Shown here piece by piece: positions 25,501 to 38,195 of a DNA stretch of 64,000 nt. The position numbers and the translations under genes are program-made. Source of the stretch: Yuukianura sp. NJ FZ-2021 (Eukaryota); contig CM102289.1 in the NCBI GenBank assembly GCA_046563655.1, forward strand, positions 6,014,001 to 6,078,000, in the 5' to 3' direction. Position 1 is the stretch's first letter; each line of letters starts with the position of its first letter. Below the pieces are notes generated by a model. It saw only the letters and a program-made list of their open reading frames with translations. It was not told the DNA's origin and made no database searches.

Positions 25501-27292
25501 GGCTGACCAACGGAGGTTCTGCACCGGATTGAGAAGTTGTTTCGTTTCATGAACCCGGGCTTTCATGTCACGCCTGTCCCTAATCCATTTGCTCAATTCC
25601 CGTTCTAGCTCAGGCCATTTTGGCGTTTTCTTACGTAGTGACCGTTTTTTTTATCATTTTGGAAAGACTGTCACATCCATCGTTAAAAACTTATGAGTTA
25701 TACTGATGTAGAAATTAACTTGACCGCAAGAGTAAGAAACCAGGTGTGAAATCTCAGTTCTTAACTTTAAACTACAGGTTTTCGCGCTATTAAGGTATTT
25801 TTGAGAATTTCTTGGTGCGGCTTATACATGAGTGCGGCTTATAGTCAAGGAAATACGGTACTTAATACTATCTAGGAAGAGAGAGAGAGAGAGAAAGCGG
25901 GAAAAACAAAAGGTTTTTATTTATTCTGTCCAAGATGTCCACCTCTGTTGGTGGTCGGTGTCTTTAGAATTCAGAACTGGGCATCCCAACTAAACTATTT
26001 TGAAATCCTAGACTTTTGGCGGGTTTTGATTGCCTCAATGGATCACGTTCAGGACCAATAGTCTTTCTTAGTCGAAACTGAAGAGGGGGAATGAAACTAC
26101 TACCCGTTTCCCGCCTTATTTTAGATCTAATCTCTCCAGTTTGAAAAGTCCTAAAGCGTTCCTTTCTCCAGCAAAACGGCAGCTAGAGTTCTCGTAGGAA
26201 CGGAAAACTTTTCCGAACCTTGATTGGCCCTGGGAAATGTCCCTTTATTGCCCTCTTGGAAAAACTACGAGAAAGTTTTGGCGAAGGGTGTAGTGAGACT
26301 TTAGGCGTGTGGTGCTGGAGGAAGGGTTGTGCACCGTCCCTTCAGGGACACTTCAAGGGACTCTGGAAATTCAAGGAAAATTATTGGAAAACTAAATCCA
26401 TTTTTTATTTTTTCCACTTTCTCTTTTTTTCCTCTCCGCACTCTCCCCCTCTCCAAAGTAGCAGAAGGAATTTAATCAAAAAACGATTGTGGCCTCTCTA
26501 CAAATCAGCTCCACAGTTTTACTGACATTGACAGACTCAGATTTACGTCCATACCTGGGCAAACTTTAAACGAACAAAATTTCCCAATTTTGAAAACGGA
26601 GCTTTCACTAAGGTTTAGTTGAGTGGCGGAAGTAACTATTCCGCCCAAGGCATTCCCTTGTACTTTGTACTTGTCTAATTTTGACAATCCTGAAAGCCAA
26701 AATTAGCTAATTTTTCACTCTATATTTATCTCTTTTGTAGGACATGAAAAATTGGGTGGGAGGATGGATTGACTGGAACTTGGCTTTAGGTAATGGCTTT
26801 GGATTTCAAATTTTGGCGGGTAGTTTGAAACTGGTGATATGGCGAGAGATGGCTAATGACTACTTTGGATTTGAAACTTACAGATTTGGAAGGTGGTCCC
26901 AATTGGGCTGGATGGAAAGCTGATGCAGCGATTCTCGTCAATCCCGAACAAGATGAGTTCTTCAAACAGCCCATTTACTATGCCATTGCTCATGTCTCCA
27001 AATTTGTCCCCCCGGGGTCAATTAGGATTGGACTCAAGGCCAGATCTTTCCCAGATGATGTGGATGCTGTTGCATTTTTGAGACCTGACAATGCCACGGT
27101 CATTGTCCTCTTGAACAAGTAATTCTTAACATTACTTAAACAATTTCCTACTTTGGTTCAATTTTACCAAAATTGCATTATGATTGTAGGAGTTCGAAAT
27201 CGGTGCACATAACGCTGTATGATGACGAGAAGAAAGGAAGCTATCAGTTTAAAGTTCCCGCCAGAGGAATGCAAACGCTCGTATACTGGTGA
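19541..27292 (+). CDS. GBA: Lysosomal acid glucosylceramidase (GH30), 585 aa, 12 exons
   Basis: Exons 19541-19616, 20644-20955, 21742-21928, 22204-22366, 22744-22907, 23266-23336, 23413-23582, 23661-23808, 24848-24927, 26741-26789, 26884-27118, 27190-27292. Motifs PCVPRNFG..SVVCVCNATYCD, GFGGSFTD, RVPIGGSDFS, PWSAP.WMKTN, catalytic NEP and TEAC, WIDWNLAL.LEGGPNW. Confidence 0.95.
24450..24632. mobile_element. Short MITE-like element with CAGGTTGAGTAATACCT terminal inverted repeats (GBA intron 8)
   Basis: Perfect 17-bp inverted repeat at 24450-24466 and 24616-24632, extending imperfectly into the flanks. The CAGGTTGAGT start resembles Tigger-type TIRs. No clean TA target-site duplication. Confidence 0.55.
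24989..25858 (-). mobile_element. Internally deleted pogo/Tc2-family DNA transposon (GBA intron 9)
   Basis: TIRs CCGTATTTCCTTGACTA(C/T)AAGCCGC at both ends, flanked by TA. Frameshifted minus-strand transposase fragments: KWPELERELSKWIRDRR (CENP-B-type HTH), NMDDVPCQVDLPGTRTI...KDVTLVTTGSEKKSFTV (start of the DDE domain) and VCEWIVKAWKEI. Confidence 0.9.
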
Positions 27293-27455
27293 ACTGTCTC
27301 TGTGTCATAGCGTGTTACTACACTAAAATCTCTAGTCATTAGTTATGTACGTTAATTGTTTTATGATTATATACTGTAAAAGAACACAAAAGTTGGTTGC
27401 TTTGAATAATAACTTTAATTTATCTAAAAGTAAATCTCACAGTCAAAGTACAAGG

Positions 27456-28223
27456 TTAGTGGCAACATTCGTTTGCATCTTGGGCATCTTCGCGTTGCCA
27501 TCCGAAGAAGAAGTAACCCGTTGCTGCTCCACATGCCACTCCAAGACAAAGCCAAACGTTGTACGTCATGAAGATGAGCATAAGGAAGTAGGAGAGAATA
27601 AATTGTACCAAATGCAGAAATGTTTGCAGAATGTGGATGCTTGAGAGCATCTTGATTCTCCTAAAACAAAACAAAAGTTAAGAATTTAACTAAATATGAT
27701 TATGATTTTTTCAAAAACCAAAGTTTTACTTTGGTTGTTGGGCAATCCGTGCGGCCATCCGGCCGTTGGCCATTGAGCTATCCAGCTTTTGTCCTGTAGT
27801 TTGCATAGCGTCACCAATTTCCACCGGGGCACAACATGACGATTGTCGCGTTTGAAATCCCGTGTACGCCGATATTTTTTTCTTGTGTTGCATTAACAAA
27901 AAATATCGCAAGTATTTGAGTCCTTCATAAGCCACTGCCATCATAAAAACCACGACAATCGAACACAAGAGTCCTTCCAATGTGGAAATTTTCCAGAATT
28001 TAAACAAAATGGTTTCGTTATATCCAGTATGAAATGCCATCTATAATTCACGTGATTGTAAAAATCAAAACAAACAAACAAAGATAACCAAAAGTTAGAT
28101 TTTAAAGTGGATTTTAAAACTAAACTAAATTGTTATAAGAAAAAACCTTACGCTCATCATGCCAGTCATTGGAGCCATTGTTGTCATTTCGTGATCACCA
28201 CCCATTCCAGGCCCGTGCGACAT
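27456..28223 (-). CDS. SLC31A1: High-affinity copper transporter Ctr1 family, 195 aa
   Basis: Exons 28223-28152 (Met/His-rich N-terminus), 28040-27730, 27660-27456. Motifs MAFHTGYNETILF..W, YEGLKYLR, SYFLMLIFMTYN (MxxxM), GxxxG and C-terminal ECCH. Confidence 0.95.
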
Positions 28224-29837
28224 CTTGTCAACTTTCAATTTTCACAAAAATTTGGAAATAGACTTTGAAATTTTGACACAACTGGATGTTGCTGCACTGG
28301 AATTGCAAAGTGATCTGGACCTGGAAATTACAGATCACGTAGCAAGGCTAATCCGTCATTTATTTGGGGCTCCCACACTATCATCTCTGATGATACGAGA
28401 GACAACGCAGAGGGTGCCAGTCAAACACAATGGGCTAACTGTTACTATGGATTAGTTAACTGTGTTATGACGCGTTAGCTGACTTCAGGTAAGTGAGAAG
28501 CTGAAGTGCCGATGATGACCTAACGAAATATCATAAGTGACGATGCTCCCAAGATACCCACAGGCGTAGGTGTGCATTAACTTTATTTAAATGACTTTCG
28601 GAAGTCCGTTAACATTAAGCTTTAGCCTCAAAGGCATTTAGAATTTGAAATTATTTAAAATTTAGATAATAACTACTCCAAATATAAAATTATTCGTAAC
28701 AAAATTTTCTCGAGTGTTCAATTTTCCAATTTTTTTCAACTTCTAGGTGCATCAATATCATATTTTCATATTGCACTTTTCATCACATTGACCCTGGAAA
28801 GCGTGGATTTCATACATAGAAACAGCGGATTTACTTATCTCAGAAATTTTTAATTTTTTAAAGTTGAAAACCACCAACAGTTAACAGTATAATAATCAAA
28901 ATTTTAACTGTTCACAGTTTCTTCTTGCATTATTTAGAAAGCAAGAATTTGGTAAGGGGAAACAACAAATTTCCAAAATTCAAAGTTTTACAAAGTCTAA
29001 GCGAACTAAAGGTGTAAGTTATGGAAGTTCTGACCCTTGAAAAAGCTCAATGACAATGACCGTCAAGTAAATCAGAAACGATACGTGGTGTAGACATTGA
29101 TGACGCTTTAAAGATTTGGAGTGACGCGCGATACGTTTTTAATTTATTTTGGTATCTTCATAGGGTGAACTCAGCTTTCCAGAAACCAATTGTCATTGAT
29201 CGATGTTTTATAAAGCTAAACCTAACTCTGTTCTGGATATTACACTTTAAGTACACGCTTGTGGTTTTGGTAACCTTGGCATGTGTACTAGACTGCTCAA
29301 AGATGTGATCTTGCTCAACCAAATTCCATGTTTTACAACGAAGGCTTAAGTAGTATAGGGGAGATGAATGGAAGCGTCTGTTTTAATATTTCATATATTC
29401 AAACAAGTTTTGTGCTTGCATGATCAGAGAATAGAGACATCACGAACTTTGTATTTTTATCCACGACCTTCGAAAACGAAACTAGGGAATAGTAGTGCAC
29501 TTTGAGCCAACGATTAGAACAGTGCTAGCCTTATTTTCAATTCTCAACGCGCTTATTGTTCTGCCAGCATTGTTTCATTTTAAGAACTTTTCAAAAATTT
29601 CAATTCTCAACAGATTGGGTTTAAGGACTTTTTTTTTTCTTTAAAGAAAGCGACAAATGGAAATTCGAAAAGTGTGAAAATGGAGCCACAGAATTCGGAA
29701 ATACTAGTGCAAGATTGCCATGGGTTAGTCAAATAGAAGTTAGAATATAAAACTAATAATAAAATTATCAAGTCTGTGAAGCAAAATAGCAGAAGTTTAA
29801 TTTGCTGACGCAACTTTTTTTGTCACGGGTGTTTTAG

Positions 29838-31820
29838 TTGTCATTTCCCATTGGAGGAAAGCCTTGTTCAGGATGTGCCAGAATTCAACCAAAAATTGAT
29901 CAGATGCTTAACCTGTCAGAAATGTAAGAAACACAAACTAAAAAAAAAGAAAGTCAAACATAGAAATGTTTCTGGTGCTAAATTTTTCAAGTCACAACGA
30001 ATTAAGTAAGGAGTGCTTTCTTTTATATTAAAAATGGTGATAGAATTTTCGAAATTACTTTTAAGCTTTCTTTTTACATCCTAATGCCACCATAATTTTA
30101 CATTAATTTTGGAAAATCAAATTAACAACTTTTGAGACGCTGGAAAAGTTAAAATGATTTGCCAAAGATTTTTTGTTCCAAACTTTAAACTTTTCGCCCC
30201 ACTAACCGTTAATCCCTTATTGCTTAATTTACCAAAGATTTAAATTCGTTTTTTTTTCTTTTAAAAAGCGGATATTAATTTACTTTCTCTTTCGTTCAAG
30301 TCCTCGGCATATTTAATTTGAAACTTTTGGAATTAAAAAAACCAAATCCTCCCGCATTCTCCACTGCCTTTTCCCCGACTTTCCAATTGGAAATTAACTA
30401 AAACTTAAAAGCCTAAAAGGGAAAAAAAAGTTTCGGTTCTTCCTTTTTTTCATCTTTTTCTTCAAATGCGTGCTTTCTACAGATTTGAAGCAGGATATTC
30501 CCCTTTAAAAAAAAAGACTAATTAAAAAAGTTGAAAGGAACTTCAAATTTTTTAAAATTGAACTTTTGCTATACACAGGCCGAGGAATTTTCGTAGAGGG
30601 AAAGCTCATCACCATTTCAGATGCATTGGAAACGCACAGAGAAAGTAACGGGTGGAAAGAGGTATCCACTTTCTCTTTTTTCTTAATTTACGCACGTTTT
30701 AGGTTTTAGTGGAAGTAAAAGTAAACTGAAGTTAATTAACAGTTAACAACAAGGTGTTAATTAATCACAATTAATTAACTAAAGCCCTTATTTTCTAGGT
30801 AAACGGTATAGAAGACCGTAGAGCTCTTTTCATCCTAAGTCAAATTCTGCACAATGAACAAGAGTTGAACGACCTTGACGCTATTGAATTCTCACTCCCG
30901 CCATCTACCGACCATGTAAAAATTCTATGGGAATTTGGACGAGCCATTGGCTTCTACAGTATCAAACCCAAAGGTCAGTGACCTGCCTTGACCTCTTTAC
31001 CTTGAATGGCACACGACCCCTCGTATTATGATGTTTTTTTCAGGAACGTTTGACCCTGACACAATGACCTCCTACTCTATGTTCACTTTGGATACAATTT
31101 TTATTCGAAAGTCTCATAGACGTCGGGGATTTGGATTGACAGCACTTCAAACTCTTCGGAATGATTTCCCCTCAGAGAAGATTGGTTTCAGTTATCCGCT
31201 AACTCCTTCTATGAAACAAGGTGAACAACTTGACCTTTGACCCGTCAAATAGTCAATCACGTCCCACTTTCAAAGTAACCTACAAAACTTTTGAAAAGAG
31301 AGGCAGAAATCTTTAGGGAAAGGTGATTTGACAAGAGACATGAACTCTGTTTCCTTTCCACATAAAGCTCTAAAAAAGCGAAGTGAACCGGAGAAAGTTT
31401 TGTTCTCGTTTTCCCCATTCTCATAAAACAAAAGAACAAGTTGAGAGACACTTTTCCATTTGGCTTGGTCGTATTCTTCCAGAACAAAACGTGTGTCCAT
31501 TGTTTCTACCAGAACGACAGTAGACAGGTGGAATTGAGACATGTCATGTCAAAATCACATAGCCTGCATCTTCTTGCCATACTACTGTAGTATTTTTACG
31601 ATAGACTGTCACTTACACTAAACAATCTTCGGTTTTTACAACTTACACTTTCAAGAGTAAATCTGATCCTTTCACTTTTCTAGTGTTATGGAAGCATTTG
31701 ACGGAGACAGGAGAGGATCGACAGCGCTTTTGGGAAATTACGGATCCATGGGGTGGAAGGAGAAACGTTTGGCTCACACTCCAAAGGCAACACAAAACTG
31801 GCACACTCTCAATCACTTAA
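29838..31820 (+). CDS. FAM169: FAM169-like (GNAT-like fold) protein; 5' end unresolved
   Basis: Exons 29838-29923, 30579-30661, 30799-30973, 31044-31220, 31684-31820 splice in frame. Motifs KILW..GRAIGFYSIK.KG, LDTIFIRKSHRRRGFG, IGFSYPLT.SM, RFWEI, RRNVW. The start exon was not found. Confidence 0.8.
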
Positions 31821-31963
31821 CGCCTGTCGTCTTCTGAAAAGTTCAAGTTAAAATAAATTAGTTTTTGATTTAATTATTATAATAAATTTACTTTTGTTCT
31901 TCCATGTCCGTTTCCAATATACCGCCCAATTTCTACAAATCTACGTCTGAGATATTATTAAAA

Positions 31964-34900
31964 TTATTCCAATTTCTCTACTTCTTGTTCTTCATCCTTC
32001 GTATCTTCCTTCTCTTCAGTGTTGGCAGGCGGAATCTCTTCTATTAAGACCTGAAAATTATTTAAATTAAGTAGATTTGATAAGATTTCATAACAAATTT
32101 AATTGTTAATATAAGATTTACTTGAGGTTCTGGAGCAAACACAACGTCTTCCAAAGTTTCAACATCAGAAGTTCCATTGGTCGGTTTGGACTTAGCTTCG
32201 GAATGAAAATCCAGATCTACCAGAAGATCCAAATTAGATTCCAGCCCTTTCTGCTTCTTCTCATTGTCATCTTCATCAGCTGATGAAGAATCTTCAGAAG
32301 ATGAACTCTCTCCAGAACCATCCGATGATGAGCTTGTATTAGATTCTGATCCACCACTTCCACTCGACAGTCCATCCTTGTAGCGAACAACTTTTCGATT
32401 AACGGCTTTCGGCGGTAAGATTCTGTCTGGTTGTTTTGGTATTTTATCATCCGTTGTACTTTCGGATGACGAAGAAGAAGAATCCGACGACGAGTCTTCA
32501 GAACTGTCGTTAGTTCCAGAGTCATCGTCACTTGACTCTTCTTTTGACTCTTCCGATTCAGAGTAAAATGTTGCTTTCTTCTTGCTCTTCCGGTTTGGTT
32601 TTGCAATGTCAAATAGCTGTGCACGAGCCGATGGAGGTGGTTCAACGTTCCTGACAGTTGGATCTGGTGCTTCAACAGGAAAATCTGGAAGTTCTCGATA
32701 CCCGTTGGCGCGAATGTTCAAGTAGTGCGACAGAGAGCCCAGTTGAAAATGTTCACGATCTATTTAAAAAAAAATTAAGATATTCTTTCAAAAAAGTCAA
32801 AACGTTAAAAAAAATTAAACTCCATCATTTACTGTTAAATCTGGAAGTAAGAACCGGTGCTGGCTTGGCCGTGAGCAGAATCCGTTTCGCATAGGATGGT
32901 AATTTCGCTTCTGGATTTTCCGGAAAAAGAAGTTGACGCAGAAACCTTGCTCTGTCGCGAATGTCATAACTTTGATCATATTTAGCCAAATTCAAAACGT
33001 ATTGGCAAAGAAGCGTCGTTTGTGCAGGATTTGTCAGTTGAAGTTTGGCTCCCAAATTCAAAATTTGAAGTTTCACTACATCCTCCTATAAAACATCAAA
33101 AACATGACTTAATTTTATGATAGTTCATGGTTCATAATTTTCAAAAACGGAATTCCTAACATTTCCTTCTTCCATTCCCACTGCCGGAAACTTTCAACTT
33201 TAATCAGCAGAGATATGACTTTTTCTCAACCAGGTTTATCATTCCAAAAAGTATTTGGAAGAAGAAAATTATTTGGAAAATCTTCAAAATCTAAAAGAGA
33301 AAGTTAACTTGTAGAATTAAATTTTATTTGAGGTGGAGTAGGATATCTTTCCAAGTTTCTTAATAACCGTCAAGTGCATCCTTTCAGCCCATTTCCCTTT
33401 CTCTATCACATCTTCCTACGCCATTTAGAAAGTCTCATCTCTCATGTTGTTTTTTTACATCAAGGAGAACCAGGCAAAGATCAGACAAGAAAACGCCAAA
33501 AAGCCAAATAATAATCCTCTTCGTGTGGTCTTACTACATAAGACCAGGGATGAACAAGCGTAGCAGCATACTTAAAACAGACCTGATAATCCCACCTCTC
33601 TCTGGATTATTTACCAATGTCGTCTTTCACTAATTCTCGAATCCAATAAAATACCAATTAGTAGCACAAAGGAGACTTATTTACTTTCATGGCTTCCAAA
33701 AAACTCACCTCATCTGGAAAAGTCTTTGCCATTTTGCGCAGCACGTCCGGCGGAAGATGTGGGATCCTTTCAGCATGTTCACCTAGGAGCCAAAGAATTG
33801 CTGCCCGAGCCGGTGGGACTGTGACACGATCCACCATTTTAGCCAATTGGGCTATAACGGCTTTGTTTCCACTCCGTTGTGTCTGTAGTAAAGTCTTGGC
33901 TACCACAACAGCTCCACCAACAACAGCAGCTGAAACAGGCAGAACAAAAGTTAATTAATCATCACTACTTCCCAGCCACAAAACATTCCTCGTCCTTACT
34001 AGAATATGCTTTTACTACTTTGCAAAACAGTAAATCAGACAAAACTTTTTCCAAAAAATTTCTCTTTCTTCAACTTTAAAAGTAGAAACATAAAACAGAA
34101 GAGCGGCCTGCCTTGTTCATGCTCAAGATAACTTTTTAGAATTGGAAGTTGTACTTAAAACGCAGAAGTACGTTGCCACATATTACAAGTAGCAAGAGAA
34201 AGCGAAGCCCAATGACTTTTTAACAACCAGGAGCTAGAGATCTAACTTTCTCTGTTCCCCAGATTATTATGAGAAGCAGATGCGTAATAAGGGGAAAGTT
34301 ATGAGATCACAAAGAAGGAATTTAAAAACTTTTTCGTGTCTCGTTCTGAATTTAATTCTCTGCTTTTTGGCTTTCTATTATTATAGAAAATGGAAACGTT
34401 TCCCCCGCTCACGCTACTGCATAATCTCAACTTACGATCCCTATGTGACAGGAGAGAGACGAGGCCATTGAGACACGTCTCAGCAACTTCCTTGATGTTT
34501 GACGCACAGCGTCCAATGGCTTCTATTGTAGCAGCGATAAAGTCTTTGTCTTGACTCGAGATGTAGGTTTGAAACTCCCGCAAAATCGCTGAAACGTTAA
34601 CTTCATTGGCAATATTGGTTAAGATCTCCAGTTTAGAAAGTTTGATTTGGAGAGGATCGCTGGTCCTTACGAAGAAATTTTTCATGTAAGGCTCGAAAAG
34701 ATTCTGAAATCAACAAAAACCAAAAGAAAAACATTAGGAAAACAACGTAATCATAAGGTTAATACCGGAAATAGGATTCTGTACCGGGACGACCATGGGA
34801 TACATTTCATTATCATACAAGATAAAAAGTGTAATTTAAAAGAAGAAGAACAGCCGCAGGTTAATTTAATATACAAGACCGAAAAAGTAAACAAGATGCT

Positions 34901-37576
34901 TTCTCAAACAAACAACATTAAAATACCCCTTTCTCCCCAAAACTTCAAACTTTTCAAATTAATTTTCTTTTCTTTTCATTTTTTTTTTGCAAGAAAAAAA
35001 GTTACGTATTTTCTCGCAGATAAGCCGCGGATTATCTGTGAATTTTCAGAAAATTTGGAATGAGGAGAAATTTTTTCCCCCGAAATTCGTCAAAAACAAT
35101 TGTTAATAATGCATAAAACTATGTTTTGAGGCCCTTTCTAAGACTAAACTAAACATTAATCTATTGCTCGCTCATTAGATTCGTCGAGCAGATCACCCGA
35201 CATAAATAAACCTTAAATGAACGCAGAAGATGAAAGGTTTAAGATGAATTTAACTTTGTTTAAGTCTTTTCAAATTTATTTAATTCATTTAATTGAATTT
35301 AAATTTATTTAAGACTAAATGAAACTTTCCGGCACATAAAGAAGCCGACCTTGACCGATAGCATGAAATAAAATGAAGTAAAATGGACTTTTTCCTATAG
35401 CTTAAACCGGAGTTTTGCCTAAATGAGAACCTTCTCTTCTGTTTTCGGTTTTTTGAAAAATGCCGAGGTTCTTCGGTTTAAACTGTTAAAATTTAAAAAT
35501 TACATTTTAAATTGAAAATTAAAAGTAATTTAAAATTAAAGTTTTAAATTGAAAAACGAGTAGAAATTATGGAACTCCTTGGTTGTATTTTAAAAACAAA
35601 ATTTAAAGCGCTGATGAGCAAAAATCTTTTTGTTTAATACCCCTGTTTTTCCTGCTCTCACATGCATATACGGTTTTGAGACTGCGGCTTATACGCGAGA
35701 GCGGCTTATAGGCGAGAAAATACGGTAGTTTGAACTTTGAGACTTCGAGCGGGGGAACACAAAAGGCAGAAAGCAAACTTTGGGCTAAAACTCTCCAGGG
35801 TCATGCAAACAAGCAGACAACACAGCCAAGACTCTAGGATTAGTTGTAAGCAACGGTCATTCCAGAACAATCTTTATAGGAAAACAACACTAAGATGTCT
35901 AATAGCTGATAAACTTGCGTAGATTCTGGCTCAAAATATACAAAATCTGATTTTTCGTTTAACATTCCCGGGGATTACCTTCCGAGTTGTAGACATGGCT
36001 GCAATTGAAGTGAGAACGACAGCTTGTACTTCAGAGTGAGCTCGCAATAGACGAATGAGTGGCTTTATGACTGCATGCACTTCGGCTTTTGGAGCCAAAT
36101 GATGATACAATTGAACGACGGCCATCACCACCTTCGTAATTCAAAAAAAAAAGTTGTGAAATGTCACCCTAAACTTACTCACTTATGAGAACTACGAAAC
36201 TTCAAACTTACGGAAGCACTTCTACTTTGAAGGAGGGGCCTCGTGTTCTTCAGAAGTAAGCGATGATCCGCATCCATTTCCGGTTTCTTGTCGGCTTGTT
36301 CTTGCTTTTGCTCATCATCTTCGTTCTCTTCTTCGTCGTAAAATGGTTTTTCTTCTCCGTCTATAGATAAATCCTGTAACAAACATAAAAAAAAACTTTT
36401 TAGCGGATCGAAATTTTAAGTACAAAAGCATGTTAATAAATTACCCCAATGTTTGGGTCCACAAATTGAGTCCTAGCATAACGTGTGAGTGTATTGACAA
36501 TGACAACTTGACCCCATTCGTCAACGTCAACCAGCAGAGAGCAAAGTTTCCGATAGTTTTTGTGTATCAAATCAATCCGCTCGGGACATACCTAAAAAAG
36601 TTCAGAAATACTTCCATGTGGGTGGATACTGGAAAAGTTCTTAACGGCCTACCTCTTCAAATGCCATGACTGCAGAACCAACAACTAACGTTGTGCGATC
36701 CGCTAGGAGCTTATCCAGAATTTGGACCAACTCATCTTTTTGTTCTGGATCCAAGCTGAAAATAAAATGAACAACGATAAAGAATGCACTTGCCTTTTGG
36801 CAAATATTTTTAGACAGAGAATTTTGTAACAAACCTAAAAAGTTTTGGAATGGCATGTGCCGCAGTTTTTCGTACATAAGGGCTCATATCAGCCACGGAA
36901 TCACGAATGGCGAGCATTACAATTGGAACTATCATTGGCACCCGAATGCTGGAAAGGACACGCAGGGCGCTAGCTCGGATTAGTTGGTTTGGGTCCTATA
37001 AAAAAGTTGACGCTGATTATTATTTTAAGTTCGCGAGTTATTATGAACTAGTACCTTCAGAGCTCTTTGAAACGTTGAGATGGATAACAGAGCGAGATCC
37101 TGCTGTTCTTCGGCATATCGGACAAGGTACACGTAAACTAATTTCTTAACTTCGGCGTTCTTGGAGACAACATTTTTCACCACTGCTGCAAACAAGTCCG
37201 ATGCATCCCGTCCTTTCGCTACCATCTAAGAACCAAAACCAAGGCATGAATTAGAAGATACTCTAAAATTTAACATATTATACTCATTCCTCCAGTATGA
37301 TAGGCACACCCCAATAATCCGCTTCATTGCCTCCAGTTTGAGATTGTCTCTGTTGCTGTCCAGCATTTGCTTCAAGTCATCGTGCCTACAAAAATCGTTC
37401 AGTTCAAATTGGACCTTGACTTACGACATTTTAGATCCCTGCCCAGGGTCATCTCATGTGCTGCTGTTTTTTTAAAAAAGTCACCTCTTGAAATCCGAAC
37501 TGAAGAAAGATCCAACACCGGTATCACGATCTCCAGAACCGGAAGAACCCATCCAATCAGTCAAGCTGGGGTCCAT
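31964..37576 (-). CDS. AP3B: AP-3 complex subunit beta, 843 aa, 13 exons (trunk plus acidic hinge, no appendage seen)
   Basis: Exons 37576-37485, 37385-37310, 37225-37055, 36995-36835, 36755-36653, 36591-36445, 36373-36212, 36131-35979, 34703-34436, 33929-33709, 33085-32833, 32759-32122, 32050-31964. Motifs [81 protein letters not shown]. Confidence 0.95.
35005..35725. mobile_element. Non-autonomous Tc2/pogo-type MITE (AP3B intron 8)
   Basis: Left end TA|CGTATTTTCTCGCAGATAAGCCGC, right end GCGGCTTATAGGCGAGAAAATACGG|TA. It has the same doubled GCGGCTTAT subterminal motif as the element at 24989-25858 and an AT-rich non-coding interior. Confidence 0.8.
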
Positions 37577-38090
37577 GACCTTTGCAACTGCAATCCTACC
37601 GGTCAGCGTACCTCAATAAATCTCCAATTAAAAATTATTAAAAATCAAGTAGAAAAACTCACCAAATACCAAAATCAAAATGACAAGCTTTGAGAAGTGA
37701 GATTACAGTAGCGAATGACAGCATACGATTCAAGTTAAATTGTATTTTTACTCTGCCTGATTCATTTCATGTTTACGCTCAAAATATCGCGTTTTAATAG
37801 TCTGAAAATTCTACTAGTCATTATTATATGATTATTAATTAATTAATAATAATTTCTTTGCAAACACATTATCATATTAATTAATTATTCACTGATTTGG
37901 TATTTCTCTTTGATGCCCAAGTCGGACAGCGAGGTGTGGAGGGTATGTGGCGGGAATTGAAAACTTTAAATTTTGAATTTTGATTGTTTTTGAATTTACC
38001 GCTTGCAATGTCAAATGGTATCATTGCGCACAGCATAGCATGATGTTCCATGCGGCATGTCTGTTTGCTGTAGCATTAGACCTTACCTGA

Positions 38091-38101
38091 CTACTCCTTT
38101 C
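38091..38101 (+). promoter_or_regulatory. Candidate TCT/5'TOP polypyrimidine initiator of RpS6
   Basis: CTACTCCTTTC about 100 nt upstream of the RpS6 ATG, as is typical of ribosomal-protein gene starts. The transcription start itself cannot be observed here. Confidence 0.5.
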
Positions 38102-38195
38102 ACGGCAACAGAAAGTGAACGATGTTTTGGTAATCGTTAATTCCTTTGGTCATCCATCAATTAGTGAATCAATTACTTAGAAAACAACTGTAAAC

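Noticed and set aside
30662..30798. Possible U12-type intron (GTATCCAC donor) in the FAM169-like gene
   Set aside because: The donor deviates from GTATCCTT and there is no clear TCCTTAAC branch site.
31270..31542. Minus-strand ORF inside the FAM169-like last intron, as a candidate AP3B appendage exon or nested gene
   Set aside because: No resemblance to the beta3 appendage and no convincing splice link.
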